From NCBI GenBank assembly GCA_964623635.1, contig CAZUUA010000001.1, positions 35,452 to 99,451 of the forward strand: a stretch of 64,000 nucleotides of DNA. Reading direction: 5' to 3'. The DNA is from an uncultured Ruminococcus sp. (GTDB taxonomy: Bacteria > Bacillota > Clostridia > Oscillospirales > CAG-272). The translations under genes and the position numbers were made by a program. Below are positions 35,798 to 44,909 of the stretch, piece after piece. The notes under the pieces were generated by a model that was not told the DNA's origin, ran no database searches, and worked only from the letters and a program-made list of their open reading frames with translations. Positions within the stretch are counted from its first letter, which is position 1, and each line of letters begins with the position of its first letter.

Positions 35798-36127
35798 TAG
35801 AGGCCATGCGGGAGAGGGTTTGCTTGGCATCGTTCCATGGGAATGTCCATCGATGATATTCTCCAGAGAAGTGGCGGTTGGTGTGAGCCACAGGGAACGG
35901 AAGGCAAAGGTGTAGCTCCCAAGCCGAAGGGAAGAACGTTGGTGTTTGTCCGATCAGTAGAACCCTTCCGTGATTGCTGCGTAAAGGCATACGGCTTGTT
36001 TGAGCCTGAGGGGCGTTTGTGAAAAGCGCAATTTGAGTGGTACCGCGGACTATACATAGAATTTGTTTGGTTCGTCTCAAAGAAACTCCGGTTAGGAGGA
36101 TCTCTTGAGGCGAGCCAATTTTTTGCT
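35798..36127 (+). promoter_or_regulatory. T-box riboswitch leader (tRNA-sensing transcription attenuator)
   Basis: - The T-box sequence AATTTGAGTGGTACCGCGG lies at 36030-36048.
- The antiterminator has a lower helix TTTGAG/CTCAAA, the 7-nt bulge TGGTACC, and an upper helix.
- A competing terminator stem (36069-36083 paired with 36103-36116) is followed by AATTTTTT.
- Upstream are AG-bulge and distal-loop-like motifs AGAGAAG ... GGTTGGTGTGAG (35865-35887).
- A Stem II candidate with AGTAG, and an F-box-like CCGTGA, are also present. Confidence 0.85.
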
Positions 36128-36184
36128 TGTGAACAATACCATCCTAACCATAGAAAACAGAGAGAGCAGAAAGGAACGAGAAGC

Positions 36185-38509
36185 ATGAAAAAACAGATCA
36201 CCGGGCTGTCGTTCAAGATCCAGGAAATGGCAGGCCGTATCAAGGAGCTGCGGGAGATCGAAGGATTCTCTACGGCCGATATGGCATCCAAGACCGGCGT
36301 GACCGAAGCCGAATACATCGCCTGTGAAGCAGGATTGGACGACCTGAACTTTGCCTTTATCTATCGCTGTGCCCTGGCACTGGGCGTGGACGTGACCGAT
36401 ATCATCGAAGGGCAGTCTCCCACATTGGCCGGCTATACCGTGACCAGACGTGGCGAAGGGCAGGAGATCAACCACGCCCATGGTATGACCTACTACAATA
36501 TGGCGCCTTCCTTCAAGAATCGTATTTCGGAGCCTTTGTATGTGGAAATGGAATACGACGAGGAAGCTGCCAGAGCCGATATCGAAATGACCACCCACGA
36601 TGGGCAGGAATGCGATATCGTCATTGAAGGGACCCTGAAGGTGCAGGTGGGTGAGCATAAGGAGATCCTGCACGCCGGGGACACCATCTACTACGACTCC
36701 TCGATCCCCCACGGCATGGTGGCGGTGGAAGGGCAGAAGTGCGTGTTCTATGCCATCGTGCTCAATCCGTCCGGGGCACCGGTGGAAGAATTTTCCATTC
36801 CCGGCGCCGAGACCACCCAGACGCCACGCCGGATCGGCAAGCCGGAGAGCGAACGGATCTACAAGCGGTTTATTTCCGTGACCAAGGACGACAACGGCAC
36901 GCCCACCAAGATCACCTTCCAGAATGCCGACAAGTTCAACTTTGCCTTTGATCTGGTGGACGCCATGGGGACGGAAAAGCCCGATAAGCTGGCCATGCAG
37001 TACGTGGGCAACGACCTGACCGACCGAAAGTTCACCTTTGCCGACATCATGCACGGCTCCGCACGGTGCGCCAACTATTTCACCGCACTGGGCATCCGTC
37101 GTGGCGACCGGGTCATGCTGGTGCTGAAGCGGCACTGGCAGTATTGGTATGCCATGATCGGTCTGAACAAGATCGGTGCCATTGCCATTCCTGCCACCAA
37201 CCAGCTTTTGTCCCACGACTTTACCTACCGGTTTGAAGCTGCCGGTGTGTCTGCCATTCTATGTACAGCCGACGGAGACACCGCACACCAGGTGGATATC
37301 GCCATGGCAGACTATAAGAAGCCTATGACCAAAATCCTTGTCTGTGGTGGTACGGCCGGGGAAGAAAGCCCGGTACAGCGGGAAGGCTGGCACGACTTCA
37401 ACAGCGAATACAGTATGTACAGCAGCCACTACGACCGGCGTGACGATGCACCCTGCGGCGACGATCCGCTGCTGGCCTTCTTCACCTCCGGTACCACCGG
37501 CTACCCGAAGATCGCACTGCACAACCACAAGTATCCCCTGGGGCATTTCCACACCGCAAAATATTGGCACTGCGTAGACCCGGACGGCCTGCACTTCACC
37601 ATCTCCGACACCGGCTGGGCCAAGTCCATGTGGGGCAAGCTGTACGGGCAGTGGCTGTGTGAAGCGGCGACCTTTGTGTACGACTTTGACCGGTTCGATG
37701 CCGCCCACATTCTGCCCATGTTTGGCAAGTACCATATCACCACCTTCTGCGCACCGCCGACCATGTATCGGATGCTGATCAAGGACGATCTGTCCGGATA
37801 TGATTTCTCCAGTCTGGAGCACGCCACCACCGCCGGGGAAGCCCTGAATCCGGAGGTATACAAGCGGTTTGAGGAAGCTACGGGACTGCAGATCATGGAA
37901 GGCTTCGGTCAGTCCGAGACCACCTGCATGATCGGGAACCTGACCGGCGCACCCCACAAGATCGGCTCCATGGGTCGGCCATGTCCCATCTACGACATCC
38001 ACCTGCTGGACAGCGATGGCAAGGACGTACCGGATGGGGAAAACGGCGAGATCTGTATCCGTGTGGCAGATGGCGCACCCTGCGGTCTGTTCATGGGTTA
38101 CTACCAGGACGAAGAGAAGACGAAGGAATGCTGGCACGACGGATACTACCACACCGGCGACCTGGCATGGCGTGACGAAGACGGGTTCTTATGGTACGTA
38201 GGCCGAGCCGACGACGTGATCAAGTCCTCCGGCTACCGGATCGGGCCCTTCGAGATCGAGAACGTGATCATGGAGCTGCCCTACGTGCTGGAATGTGGCG
38301 TATCGGCTGCACCGGATGAGATCCGTGGCCAGGTGGTCAAGGCTTCGATCGTGCTGACCAAGGGCACAGAGGGCACGGAAGAACTGAAGAAGGAGATCCA
38401 GAACTACGTGAAAAAGAACACGGCGCCGTACAAGTATCCCCGGATCGTGGTATTCCGGGACGAACTGCCGAAGACGGTCTCCGGGAAGATCATGCGCAAC
38501 AAACTTTGA
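36185..38509 (+). CDS. Fusion protein: XRE-type HTH + cupin domain + AMP-forming acyl-CoA synthetase (medium-chain/ACSM-like)
   Basis: The N-terminus has an HTH (IKELREIEGFSTADMASKTGVTEAEYIACE) and a cupin domain (HDGQECDIVIEGTLKVQVGEHKEILHAGDTIYYDSSIPHG). From about residue 230 it has adenylate-forming motifs FFTSGTTGYPK, YGQSET, YHTGD and GKIMRNKL. Confidence 0.85.
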   Translation: MKKQITGLSFKIQEMAGRIKELREIEGFSTADMASKTGVTEAEYIACEAGLDDLNFAFIYRCALALGVDVTDIIEGQSPTLAGYTVTRRGEGQEINHAHGMTYYNMAPSFKNRISEPLYVEMEYDEEAARADIEMTTHDGQECDIVIEGTLKVQVGEHKEILHAGDTIYYDSSIPHGMVAVEGQKCVFYAIVLNPSGAPVEEFSIPGAETTQTPRRIGKPESERIYKRFISVTKDDNGTPTKITFQNADKFNFAFDLVDAMGTEKPDKLAMQYVGNDLTDRKFTFADIMHGSARCANYFTALGIRRGDRVMLVLKRHWQYWYAMIGLNKIGAIAIPATNQLLSHDFTYRFEAAGVSAILCTADGDTAHQVDIAMADYKKPMTKILVCGGTAGEESPVQREGWHDFNSEYSMYSSHYDRRDDAPCGDDPLLAFFTSGTTGYPKIALHNHKYPLGHFHTAKYWHCVDPDGLHFTISDTGWAKSMWGKLYGQWLCEAATFVYDFDRFDAAHILPMFGKYHITTFCAPPTMYRMLIKDDLSGYDFSSLEHATTAGEALNPEVYKRFEEATGLQIMEGFGQSETTCMIGNLTGAPHKIGSMGRPCPIYDIHLLDSDGKDVPDGENGEICIRVADGAPCGLFMGYYQDEEKTKECWHDGYYHTGDLAWRDEDGFLWYVGRADDVIKSSGYRIGPFEIENVIMELPYVLECGVSAAPDEIRGQVVKASIVLTKGTEGTEELKKEIQNYVKKNTAPYKYPRIVVFRDELPKTVSGKIMRNKL

Positions 38510-38510
38510 G

Positions 38511-38532
38511 AAAAGGGGCTTGTCCCCTTTTT
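38511..38532 (+). terminator. Rho-independent terminator after the acyl-CoA synthetase fusion gene
   Basis: AAAAGGGGCTTGTCCCCTTTTT. Confidence 0.7.
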
Positions 38533-38637
38533 CATTTTTACACGCCCAAACGCAGTTTGAAAACCAAAGCCAAGGTGATGGATTCACCAGCCCAACGCCA
38601 TTTGAAAAATTTTTTTGAAATACTTTTCCAAAAAGTA

Positions 38638-38666
38638 TTGACAAATCCCTGTGGGTGTGGTATCAT
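38638..38666 (+). promoter_or_regulatory. Sigma-A type promoter of the amino-acid ABC operon
   Basis: TTGACA (38638-38643), a 17-bp spacer, then TATCAT (38661-38666). Confidence 0.55.
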
Positions 38667-38776
38667 AGTGTTACTTTAGTGCGATAAAGCATTAAAACAC
38701 TGAAAACCAACAAGGAAACGTGAAAATGTGTGTGTCACTTCCTTGCAAACTTTGATAGGCTCAAGGAGAATATATC

Positions 38777-39547
38777 ATGAAAAAACTGCTTTCTTGTATT
38801 CTGGCCGGTATGCTGCTGGCTTGCTGCACCTCTTGTGGTGGCAATACCGCTACTATCGCTGACGTGCAGGCTGTGAAGGACGCCGGTAAAATGGTCATCG
38901 GGATCACCGAATATGCACCTATGAACTACCAGGAAGACGGCAAGTGGACCGGCTTTGATACCGAGTTCGCAGAGGCTGTTTGCGCCAAGCTGGGTGTCAC
39001 CGCTGAATTCATCGTTATCGACTGGGATAACAAGATCCTGGAACTGGACTCCGGTTCTATCGACGCCGTTTGGAACGGTATGACCATCACCGATGAAGTC
39101 CGCAACGGTATGGAGGTTTCCGATGCATACGTGAAGAACGCACAGGTCGTTGTGCTGAAGGATGCCGCAAACTACGCCGACGTGGCTGATGTGGCTGCAC
39201 TGTCCTTTGCTGTAGAAGCCGGTTCTGCCGGAGAAGCTGTTGCCGCCGATTCCGGTTTTGACAATGTTACCGCTGTTGTTGACCAGGCTACCGCACTGAT
39301 GGAAGTGGCCTCCGGCTCCGTAGATGCCTGCATCATCGACATCACCATGGCAAACGCAATGACCGGCGCAGGCACCAGCTATCCCGACCTGGGCTATAGC
39401 CTGGAGCTGAGCTCCGAGGAATACGGCATTGGCTTCCGCAAGGGCTCTGATCTGGCCGCCGAAGTGAACGCCATCATGATGGAGCTGACCGCCGATGGTA
39501 CCCTGCCTGCTCTGGCTGCCAAGTATAACCTGACGCTGGCGAAGTAA
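38777..39547 (+). CDS. Amino acid ABC transporter substrate-binding lipoprotein (family 3)
   Basis: Lipobox LLACC and an AAGGAGA RBS. PBPb-type motifs are present (GFDTEFAEAV..., IDAVWNGMTIT). Confidence 0.85.
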   Translation: MKKLLSCILAGMLLACCTSCGGNTATIADVQAVKDAGKMVIGITEYAPMNYQEDGKWTGFDTEFAEAVCAKLGVTAEFIVIDWDNKILELDSGSIDAVWNGMTITDEVRNGMEVSDAYVKNAQVVVLKDAANYADVADVAALSFAVEAGSAGEAVAADSGFDNVTAVVDQATALMEVASGSVDACIIDITMANAMTGAGTSYPDLGYSLELSSEEYGIGFRKGSDLAAEVNAIMMELTADGTLPALAAKYNLTLAK

Positions 39548-39754
39548 TTTCAACGATCATAAACGCTGATCGACCGAGGGTGAAGCTGTTTAACCGAGAT
39601 TGAACAGTATTCCACTTCAGTCAGCATTGCCTTCATAATATACGACCGCAGACGGCGCCTGTTCCGGTGAGAAGGGTGCTGTCTGCGGTATATGTATGTT
39701 CACGCAGACCCACATCGGTTTGCGTATCCCATTTTTGTAGCGAGGTATGTATTG

Positions 39755-40426
39755 ATGTTCTGGCCTGTGACCCTGAGTCTTTTGGAGGGGTTTGGTTCCA
39801 CTCTGAAGCTTTTTGCCCTGACGCTGGTCTTTTCTTTGCCACTGGGGCTGCTCATCTGCTTTGGTTCTATGAGCAAGTGGCAGATCCGGATCCGGAATTT
39901 TACCATCCGTCCCCTGGGTGCCCTGATGAAGACCTTTGTCTGGATCATCCGTGGTACGCCCCTGATGCTGCAGCTCATCGTGATCTATTATGGGCCGGGG
40001 CTGATGTTCGACCTGCCGTTGATGCCACGTTTTACCGCCGTGCTGGTGGCCTTTGTGATCAACTATGCCTGCTACTTCTCCGAGATCTACCGTGGCGGTA
40101 TCGAGAGCATTTCCAAGGGACAGTACGAAGCCTGCCAGGTGCTGGGCATGACCAAGACCCAGACCTTTGTACACGTGGTGCTTTTGCAGGTGGTGAAGCG
40201 CATTGTACCCCCTATGAGCAACGAGATCATCACCCTGGTGAAGGATACGTCGCTGGCTCGGATCATCTCCGTCTATGAGGTGATCTGGCACGCACAGGCG
40301 TATATCAAGAGCGCCGGGCTCATCTGGCCTCTGTTCTACACCGGGCTGTACTACCTGATCTTCAATGGCCTGCTGACCATTCTCTTTGGTTGGGTCGAAA
40401 AGAAAATGGATTATTTCAAAAACTGA
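39755..40426 (+). CDS. Amino acid ABC transporter permease (His/Glu/Gln/Arg/opine family)
   Basis: Start at MFWPVTLSLLEGFGSTL, giving 223 aa. The EAA loop reads SEIYRGGIESISKGQYEACQVLGMTK. Confidence 0.85.
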   Translation: MFWPVTLSLLEGFGSTLKLFALTLVFSLPLGLLICFGSMSKWQIRIRNFTIRPLGALMKTFVWIIRGTPLMLQLIVIYYGPGLMFDLPLMPRFTAVLVAFVINYACYFSEIYRGGIESISKGQYEACQVLGMTKTQTFVHVVLLQVVKRIVPPMSNEIITLVKDTSLARIISVYEVIWHAQAYIKSAGLIWPLFYTGLYYLIFNGLLTILFGWVEKKMDYFKN

Positions 40427-40440
40427 TGGAGGACGATACG

Positions 40441-41499
40441 ATGGCGATCAAAGTTGGTATTTTGGGACTTGCCCACGGGCACGTCATGAACTATGGCAAA
40501 AAATGGATGGAACACCCCGAATGGGATATCCGGCTGGTAGGTGGCTGGGATCACGATGCTGCCCGATGCGCACAGAGCACCGCTGCACTGGGGATTCCTG
40601 CCTATGACGATCCGGAAGCACTGCTGGCCGACGTGGATGCCGTGGTGATCTCTTCGGAAACCTCCTATCACGTGACCCTGACCGAGCTGGCTGCCGCTCA
40701 TGGGAAGGACATCATCTGCTACAAGCCCATGGCGCTGACCCTGGACGAAGCAGACCGGATGGTGGCGGCTGTGGAAAAGGCCGGTGTGCGCTTTACTCTG
40801 GGCTACCAGATGCGTGTGGACCCCCAGAATATCAAGATGAAAGAGCTGGTGCAAAGCGGTACCATCGGCAATATCTGCCACTACCGCCGCCGCCATGGTC
40901 TGGCTACCCACACCTGGGGCAACTTTGAGGACGCATGGCACGCCAAGGAACACTACAACCGGGACATCTTCGCCGACGACAGCGCCCATCCCATCGATAT
41001 GATCAACTGGATGTTCGGCGTGCCGGAGACCGTGTCCTGCGAAATGACCACCATGGTCAACCAAAAGGTCAAGAACGACAACGGTGTTGCCCTGTTCCGC
41101 TATGCCAATGGCATGATCGCCGAGATCACCTGCTCCTTTGTGTGCGTGGCTTCGGAGATCACCACCGAGATCTACGGCACCAAGGGCTCCATCCAGCAGT
41201 ACTACGGTGATGCTGTGTCCACCGCTCTGCCAAGACCGGCGGGACAGCCCGGACTGAAATATTATGTGCTGGGTGACAGCGACTGGACAGATAGCCAGAT
41301 ATCCAGTCCCGCAGCCCACGGCGAACGGATCGGCGCACAGGGTGAGATCTTTGCCCAGTTCCTGCGTGGCGAGAGAGGACCGGTCTGCTCGATCTATGAA
41401 GCAAGAGATTCGCTGAAAATGGTGCTGGCCTGCTACCTGTCTGCCCGCGAAGGACGCCGTGTGCGCATCGATGACCCGGCTCTGTACGATATCCTGTAA
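40441..41499 (+). CDS. Gfo/Idh/MocA family oxidoreductase
   Basis: Start at MAIKVGILGLAHGH with a GGAGG RBS. It has an N-terminal Rossmann fold and a C-terminal alpha/beta domain. The gene is embedded between the ABC permease and ATPase genes. Confidence 0.8.
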   Translation: MAIKVGILGLAHGHVMNYGKKWMEHPEWDIRLVGGWDHDAARCAQSTAALGIPAYDDPEALLADVDAVVISSETSYHVTLTELAAAHGKDIICYKPMALTLDEADRMVAAVEKAGVRFTLGYQMRVDPQNIKMKELVQSGTIGNICHYRRRHGLATHTWGNFEDAWHAKEHYNRDIFADDSAHPIDMINWMFGVPETVSCEMTTMVNQKVKNDNGVALFRYANGMIAEITCSFVCVASEITTEIYGTKGSIQQYYGDAVSTALPRPAGQPGLKYYVLGDSDWTDSQISSPAAHGERIGAQGEIFAQFLRGERGPVCSIYEARDSLKMVLACYLSAREGRRVRIDDPALYDIL

Positions 41500-41514
41500 T
41501 ATAAGGAGAATACC

Positions 41515-42333
41515 ATGCCAATTTTGGAAGTCAAGGATTTTCGCAAAAGCTTCGGAAATGTGGAAGTCCTGAAGGGGATCGATTTTACCCTGGAAAAAGG
41601 AGAGGTGCTGGTGATCATCGGCTCCTCCGGCAGTGGCAAGACCACCCTGCTGCGGTGCCTGAATTTTCTGGAAACGCCGGATCATGGAAGCATGAAGGTC
41701 GGTGGCGAGACACTGTTCGATGCTGCAGAAAAGCAGAAGCTGACCGACCGGGATATCCGCCAACGCAGACTGCATTTTGGACTGGTGTTTCAATCCTTCA
41801 ATCTGTTTCCCCAATATACGGTGCTGAAAAATGTGACCCTGGCGCCGGAGCTTTTGATGCAGGAAGAAAACGGCGGCAAGAAGATGACCAGAGAAGAAAA
41901 GGCTGCCGCTGCGGAAAAGATCCACGCAGAAGCCATGGCGCTGCTGGATACGGTGGGATTGACGGAGAAGGCAGACAGCTATCCCTGCCAGCTCTCCGGC
42001 GGACAGTGTCAGCGTGTGGCCATTGCACGTGCCCTTGCCATGTCGCCGGACATCCTGTGCTTTGACGAGCCTACCTCTGCCCTGGACCCGGAGCTGACCG
42101 GTGAGGTGCTGCGTGTGATCCGGGGACTGAAATCCACGTCCGATGGAGAAAGCGGCCGTACCATGATCGTGGTGACCCATGAGATGGCCTTTGCCCGTGG
42201 GGTCGCCGACAAGGTGATCTACATGGCCGACGGTGTCATCGAAGAGATGGGCACGCCGGAGGAAGTCTTCGATCATCCGAAAAGCGAGAAGACAAAGCAG
42301 TTTTTGGGTGCCGGAAAAGAATTTAGTATATGA
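41515..42333 (+). CDS. Amino acid ABC transporter ATP-binding protein
   Basis: Walker A is GSSGSGKTT, the signature is [15 protein letters not shown] and Walker B is [12 protein letters not shown]. It is somewhat longer than typical because of two short insertions. Confidence 0.9.
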   Translation: MPILEVKDFRKSFGNVEVLKGIDFTLEKGEVLVIIGSSGSGKTTLLRCLNFLETPDHGSMKVGGETLFDAAEKQKLTDRDIRQRRLHFGLVFQSFNLFPQYTVLKNVTLAPELLMQEENGGKKMTREEKAAAAEKIHAEAMALLDTVGLTEKADSYPCQLSGGQCQRVAIARALAMSPDILCFDEPTSALDPELTGEVLRVIRGLKSTSDGESGRTMIVVTHEMAFARGVADKVIYMADGVIEEMGTPEEVFDHPKSEKTKQFLGAGKEFSI

Positions 42334-42466
42334 CAAAGATGCGCTGGCTGTGTGGTCGGCGCATTTTTGCTTGGCGTGAGACATACCCAAAAGCCTCTTG
42401 CCAAACGCCGGATTTCGTGGTATAATGTACGTATTACGATCCCATTTTGCAAAGGAGGACGCATCC

Positions 42467-43249
42467 ATGGAGAAGCGATCCCAGCTGTATACCATTTTGC
42501 AGGTGCTGCTGCCTTATATCGGTTTTCTTGGCAGTGATCGACTGCTGGCGTTTCTCTTTGCCCGGCTGCGTACACCACTGGCCACCTGGGTCACCTCTCT
42601 GGCTGCCTTTCTTCTGGCAACGCTGGTCTTCTTTGGGCTCTACCGCACGATCGACAAAACCGCACGTCCCTATACCGATCGCTTCCGCTGTTCCGGTCCT
42701 GTGGCGTGGGTACACCTGTTCTACGGCTTCTTTTGGCTCATTTTGCTGATGGGTGGTGTGCTGCTCCTGTTTCCGGTGACGGGAGACGTGGCGGTGGATC
42801 CATGGCCTGTCCGGCTGCTCTCCGCGGTGCTCGTCCATCCGGTTGTGGAGGAGATATTGTTCCGTCGGCTGTGTATGGATAGGCTGTTGACCCTGTCCGA
42901 GGTGCGTGTGGAGATCGTGACGGCCGAAGAAGCCCCGACACCTGTGACAGCCACCAGAGCCGGTATGCTCTTTGCGGTGCTCACCCAGGCGCTCCTGTTT
43001 GCTCTGGTACACACAGGCAGCGGCGGTATGCTGTATGGCTTTGCCGGTGGCGTGGTGCTGGGGATGCTGATGCTGCGGACGGGACGACTGTGGGTGCCGG
43101 TCCTGTGCCATATGGGGATCAATCTGCGCTCCGTGGTCTATCCCATGCTGCCGGAAACGCTGGTCTATGTACTGGATGCGGTATGGCTGGGCGTAGGACT
43201 GCTCTGCGGTGCCCTATTCTGGATCCGCCGTATCCGAACCGAGCTGTGA
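42467..43249 (+). CDS. CPBP family intramembrane glutamic endopeptidase (Abi/CAAX-like)
   Basis: Start at MEKRSQ with an AAAGGAGG RBS. The motifs are EEILFRR and FALVH. An upstream promoter reads TTGCCA-17-TATAAT. Confidence 0.8.
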   Translation: MEKRSQLYTILQVLLPYIGFLGSDRLLAFLFARLRTPLATWVTSLAAFLLATLVFFGLYRTIDKTARPYTDRFRCSGPVAWVHLFYGFFWLILLMGGVLLLFPVTGDVAVDPWPVRLLSAVLVHPVVEEILFRRLCMDRLLTLSEVRVEIVTAEEAPTPVTATRAGMLFAVLTQALLFALVHTGSGGMLYGFAGGVVLGMLMLRTGRLWVPVLCHMGINLRSVVYPMLPETLVYVLDAVWLGVGLLCGALFWIRRIRTEL

Positions 43250-43264
43250 AGGAAGGTGTGACCC

Positions 43265-43765
43265 ATGCGAGAGGATGCTATACGTTGTCTATTGGAAAAC
43301 TGGCAGCCTGCCGGGACGGACGAAGACTATATGCGCTGTGCCTTGGCGCTGGCAGAGTTGGGAGCCGCAGCCGGTGAGGTGCCGGTGGGTGCGGTGCTGG
43401 TGCGAGGCGGCAGGATCCTGTGCGGTGACTACAACGGCCGAGAAGAGACAAAGGACGCCACCTACCATGCGGAGCTGTCCGTGATCCGGCAGGGGTGCAG
43501 ACTGCTGGGTGGCTGGCGATTGACGGGCTGTACGCTGTACGTGACCCTGGAACCCTGTCCCATGTGTGCCGGTGCCATCTGGAATGCACACCTGCCACGG
43601 GTCGTCTACGGTGCCAAGGATGCTCGTGCCGGTGCCATGGGTTCGCTTTTGAACCTGAATAGCTACCCACTGAACTGGAAGCCCACGGTGACCGCCGGTG
43701 TGTTGGAGGACGAATGCCGGGAAGTCATGCAGCGATTTTTTGGAAAAATAAGAAGCAAGCGATAA
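43265..43765 (+). CDS. tadA: tRNA adenosine(34) deaminase
   Basis: CMP/dCMP deaminase zinc motifs HAELSVI and LEPCPMCAGA. Confidence 0.9.
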   Translation: MREDAIRCLLENWQPAGTDEDYMRCALALAELGAAAGEVPVGAVLVRGGRILCGDYNGREETKDATYHAELSVIRQGCRLLGGWRLTGCTLYVTLEPCPMCAGAIWNAHLPRVVYGAKDARAGAMGSLLNLNSYPLNWKPTVTAGVLEDECREVMQRFFGKIRSKR

Positions 43766-43808
43766 AAAGAAAAAGTATCAAACGGGAAAGAAGTTTTGAA
43801 CACAAATC

Positions 43809-43837
43809 AATGCTTCTGACTTCTGACTTCTGACTTG
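43809..43837 (-). repeat. Heptad repeat run AAGTCAG x3 (site 3 of 5)
   Basis: The minus strand reads AAGTCAG AAGTCAG AAGTCAG AAGCATT. Confidence 0.8.
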
Positions 43838-43861
43838 TAAAAAACGAGGTGTAAATAAGCT

Positions 43862-44407
43862 ATGTTACAAATGATCCATACACAAGTGAAAACGGCGGCA
43901 GAGGAGCTGGTGCAGGTCGCCGGACTGCAGAGAGACGATATTTTGGTGGTGGGCTGCTCGTCCAGTGAGATCATTGGGTCAAGGATCGGCTCCAATTCCT
44001 CTCCGGAGGTGGCCGATGCTGTGTTCTCCGCACTGATGGAGGTGCTGGCACCCAAGGAGATCTGGCTGGCTGCCCAGTGCTGTGAGCATCTGAATCGTGC
44101 CATTGTGGTGGAGCGCCGTGCCGTGCCCCAGGCCGATATCGTCAACGTGGTGCCCCAGCCGAAAGCCGGTGGTTCCTTTGGTACGGCTGCCTACCGGGGA
44201 TTTGAACATCCGGTGGTGGTGGAGAAGATCCGTGCCGACGCCGGACTGGATATCGGTGGGACCCTCATCGGTATGCACCTGAAGGAAGTGGCCGTGCCCG
44301 TGCGCCTGTCTGTGAAGAACGTAGGCGAGGCGATCCTGCTGGCGGCTCGTACCAGACCGAAGTTCATTGGCGGCTGTCGTGCCGTGTACGATGAAAACCT
44401 GCTGTAA
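43862..44407 (+). CDS. TIGR01440 (UPF0340/DUF436) family protein
   Basis: ILVVGCSSSEIIGSRIG ... AAQCCEHLNRAIVVER, which is typical of the family. Confidence 0.8.
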   Translation: MLQMIHTQVKTAAEELVQVAGLQRDDILVVGCSSSEIIGSRIGSNSSPEVADAVFSALMEVLAPKEIWLAAQCCEHLNRAIVVERRAVPQADIVNVVPQPKAGGSFGTAAYRGFEHPVVVEKIRADAGLDIGGTLIGMHLKEVAVPVRLSVKNVGEAILLAARTRPKFIGGCRAVYDENLL

Positions 44408-44421
44408 GGAGGGGTGCGCTT

Positions 44422-44796
44422 TTGGATACCAACGGACATGACGTGATCATAGACCATACCCATCCCCATGCTGTTCCGCTGCCGCCAACGGATGAGCTGG
44501 AAGCCGCTGCCCGGTTTCTGCGTACCTTGGGCGATCCCACGAAGCTGAAGATCGTGTGTGCGCTGGTGGGGGACGAAGAGGAAGGCAGAGAGATCTGCGC
44601 CGGTGGCATTGCGGCTTCTCTGGGCATGACCAACAGTGCCGTGTCCCACCAGCTGCGTGTGCTCCGGGAAGAAGGCTTGGTCAAAAGTCGCCGGGACGGA
44701 AAGCACGTGATCTATTCCTTAGATGACGAGCACGTGACCAAGGCTGTCCGCATGACGCTGGAGCATATCAGACACCGCAATGCGGAGGCCAAGTAA
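44422..44796 (+). CDS. ArsR/SmtB family metalloregulator
   Basis: TTG start 9 nt after AAGGAGG. The winged HTH reads LGDPTKLKIVCAL...IAASLGMTNSAVSHQLRVLREEGLV. Confidence 0.8.
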   Translation: MDTNGHDVIIDHTHPHAVPLPPTDELEAAARFLRTLGDPTKLKIVCALVGDEEEGREICAGGIAASLGMTNSAVSHQLRVLREEGLVKSRRDGKHVIYSLDDEHVTKAVRMTLEHIRHRNAEAK

Positions 44797-44827
44797 GAGG
44801 TCAGAGGTTAGATGTCAGAAGGCAGAG
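44791..44827 (+). repeat. Heptad repeat run (site 4 of 5)
   Basis: AAGTAAG AGGTCAG AGGTTAG ATGTCAG AAGGCAG. The run begins on the ArsR stop codon and extends into the terminator hairpin. Confidence 0.75.
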
Positions 44828-44859
44828 ATACCACAGTATACGGTATCTCTGCTTTTTTT
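44821..44859 (+). terminator. Rho-independent terminator after the ArsR-family gene
   Basis: GGCAGAGATACC-acagtata-CGGTATCTCTGC, followed by TTTTTTT. Confidence 0.8.
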
Positions 44860-44909
44860 GCGGATGCATTGCATATCAAACTCCCCACTGCCCACTGCCC
44901 ACTTCTATT

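Noticed and set aside
35798-35860. A second riboswitch or tandem T-box in the 5' part of the long leader. GTTGGTGT occurs twice, at about 35877 and 35938.
   Set aside because: There is only one T-box/antiterminator sequence and one terminator. In my hand fold the second GTTGGTG sits in the Stem II loop. The extra length is better explained as an insertion in Stem I.
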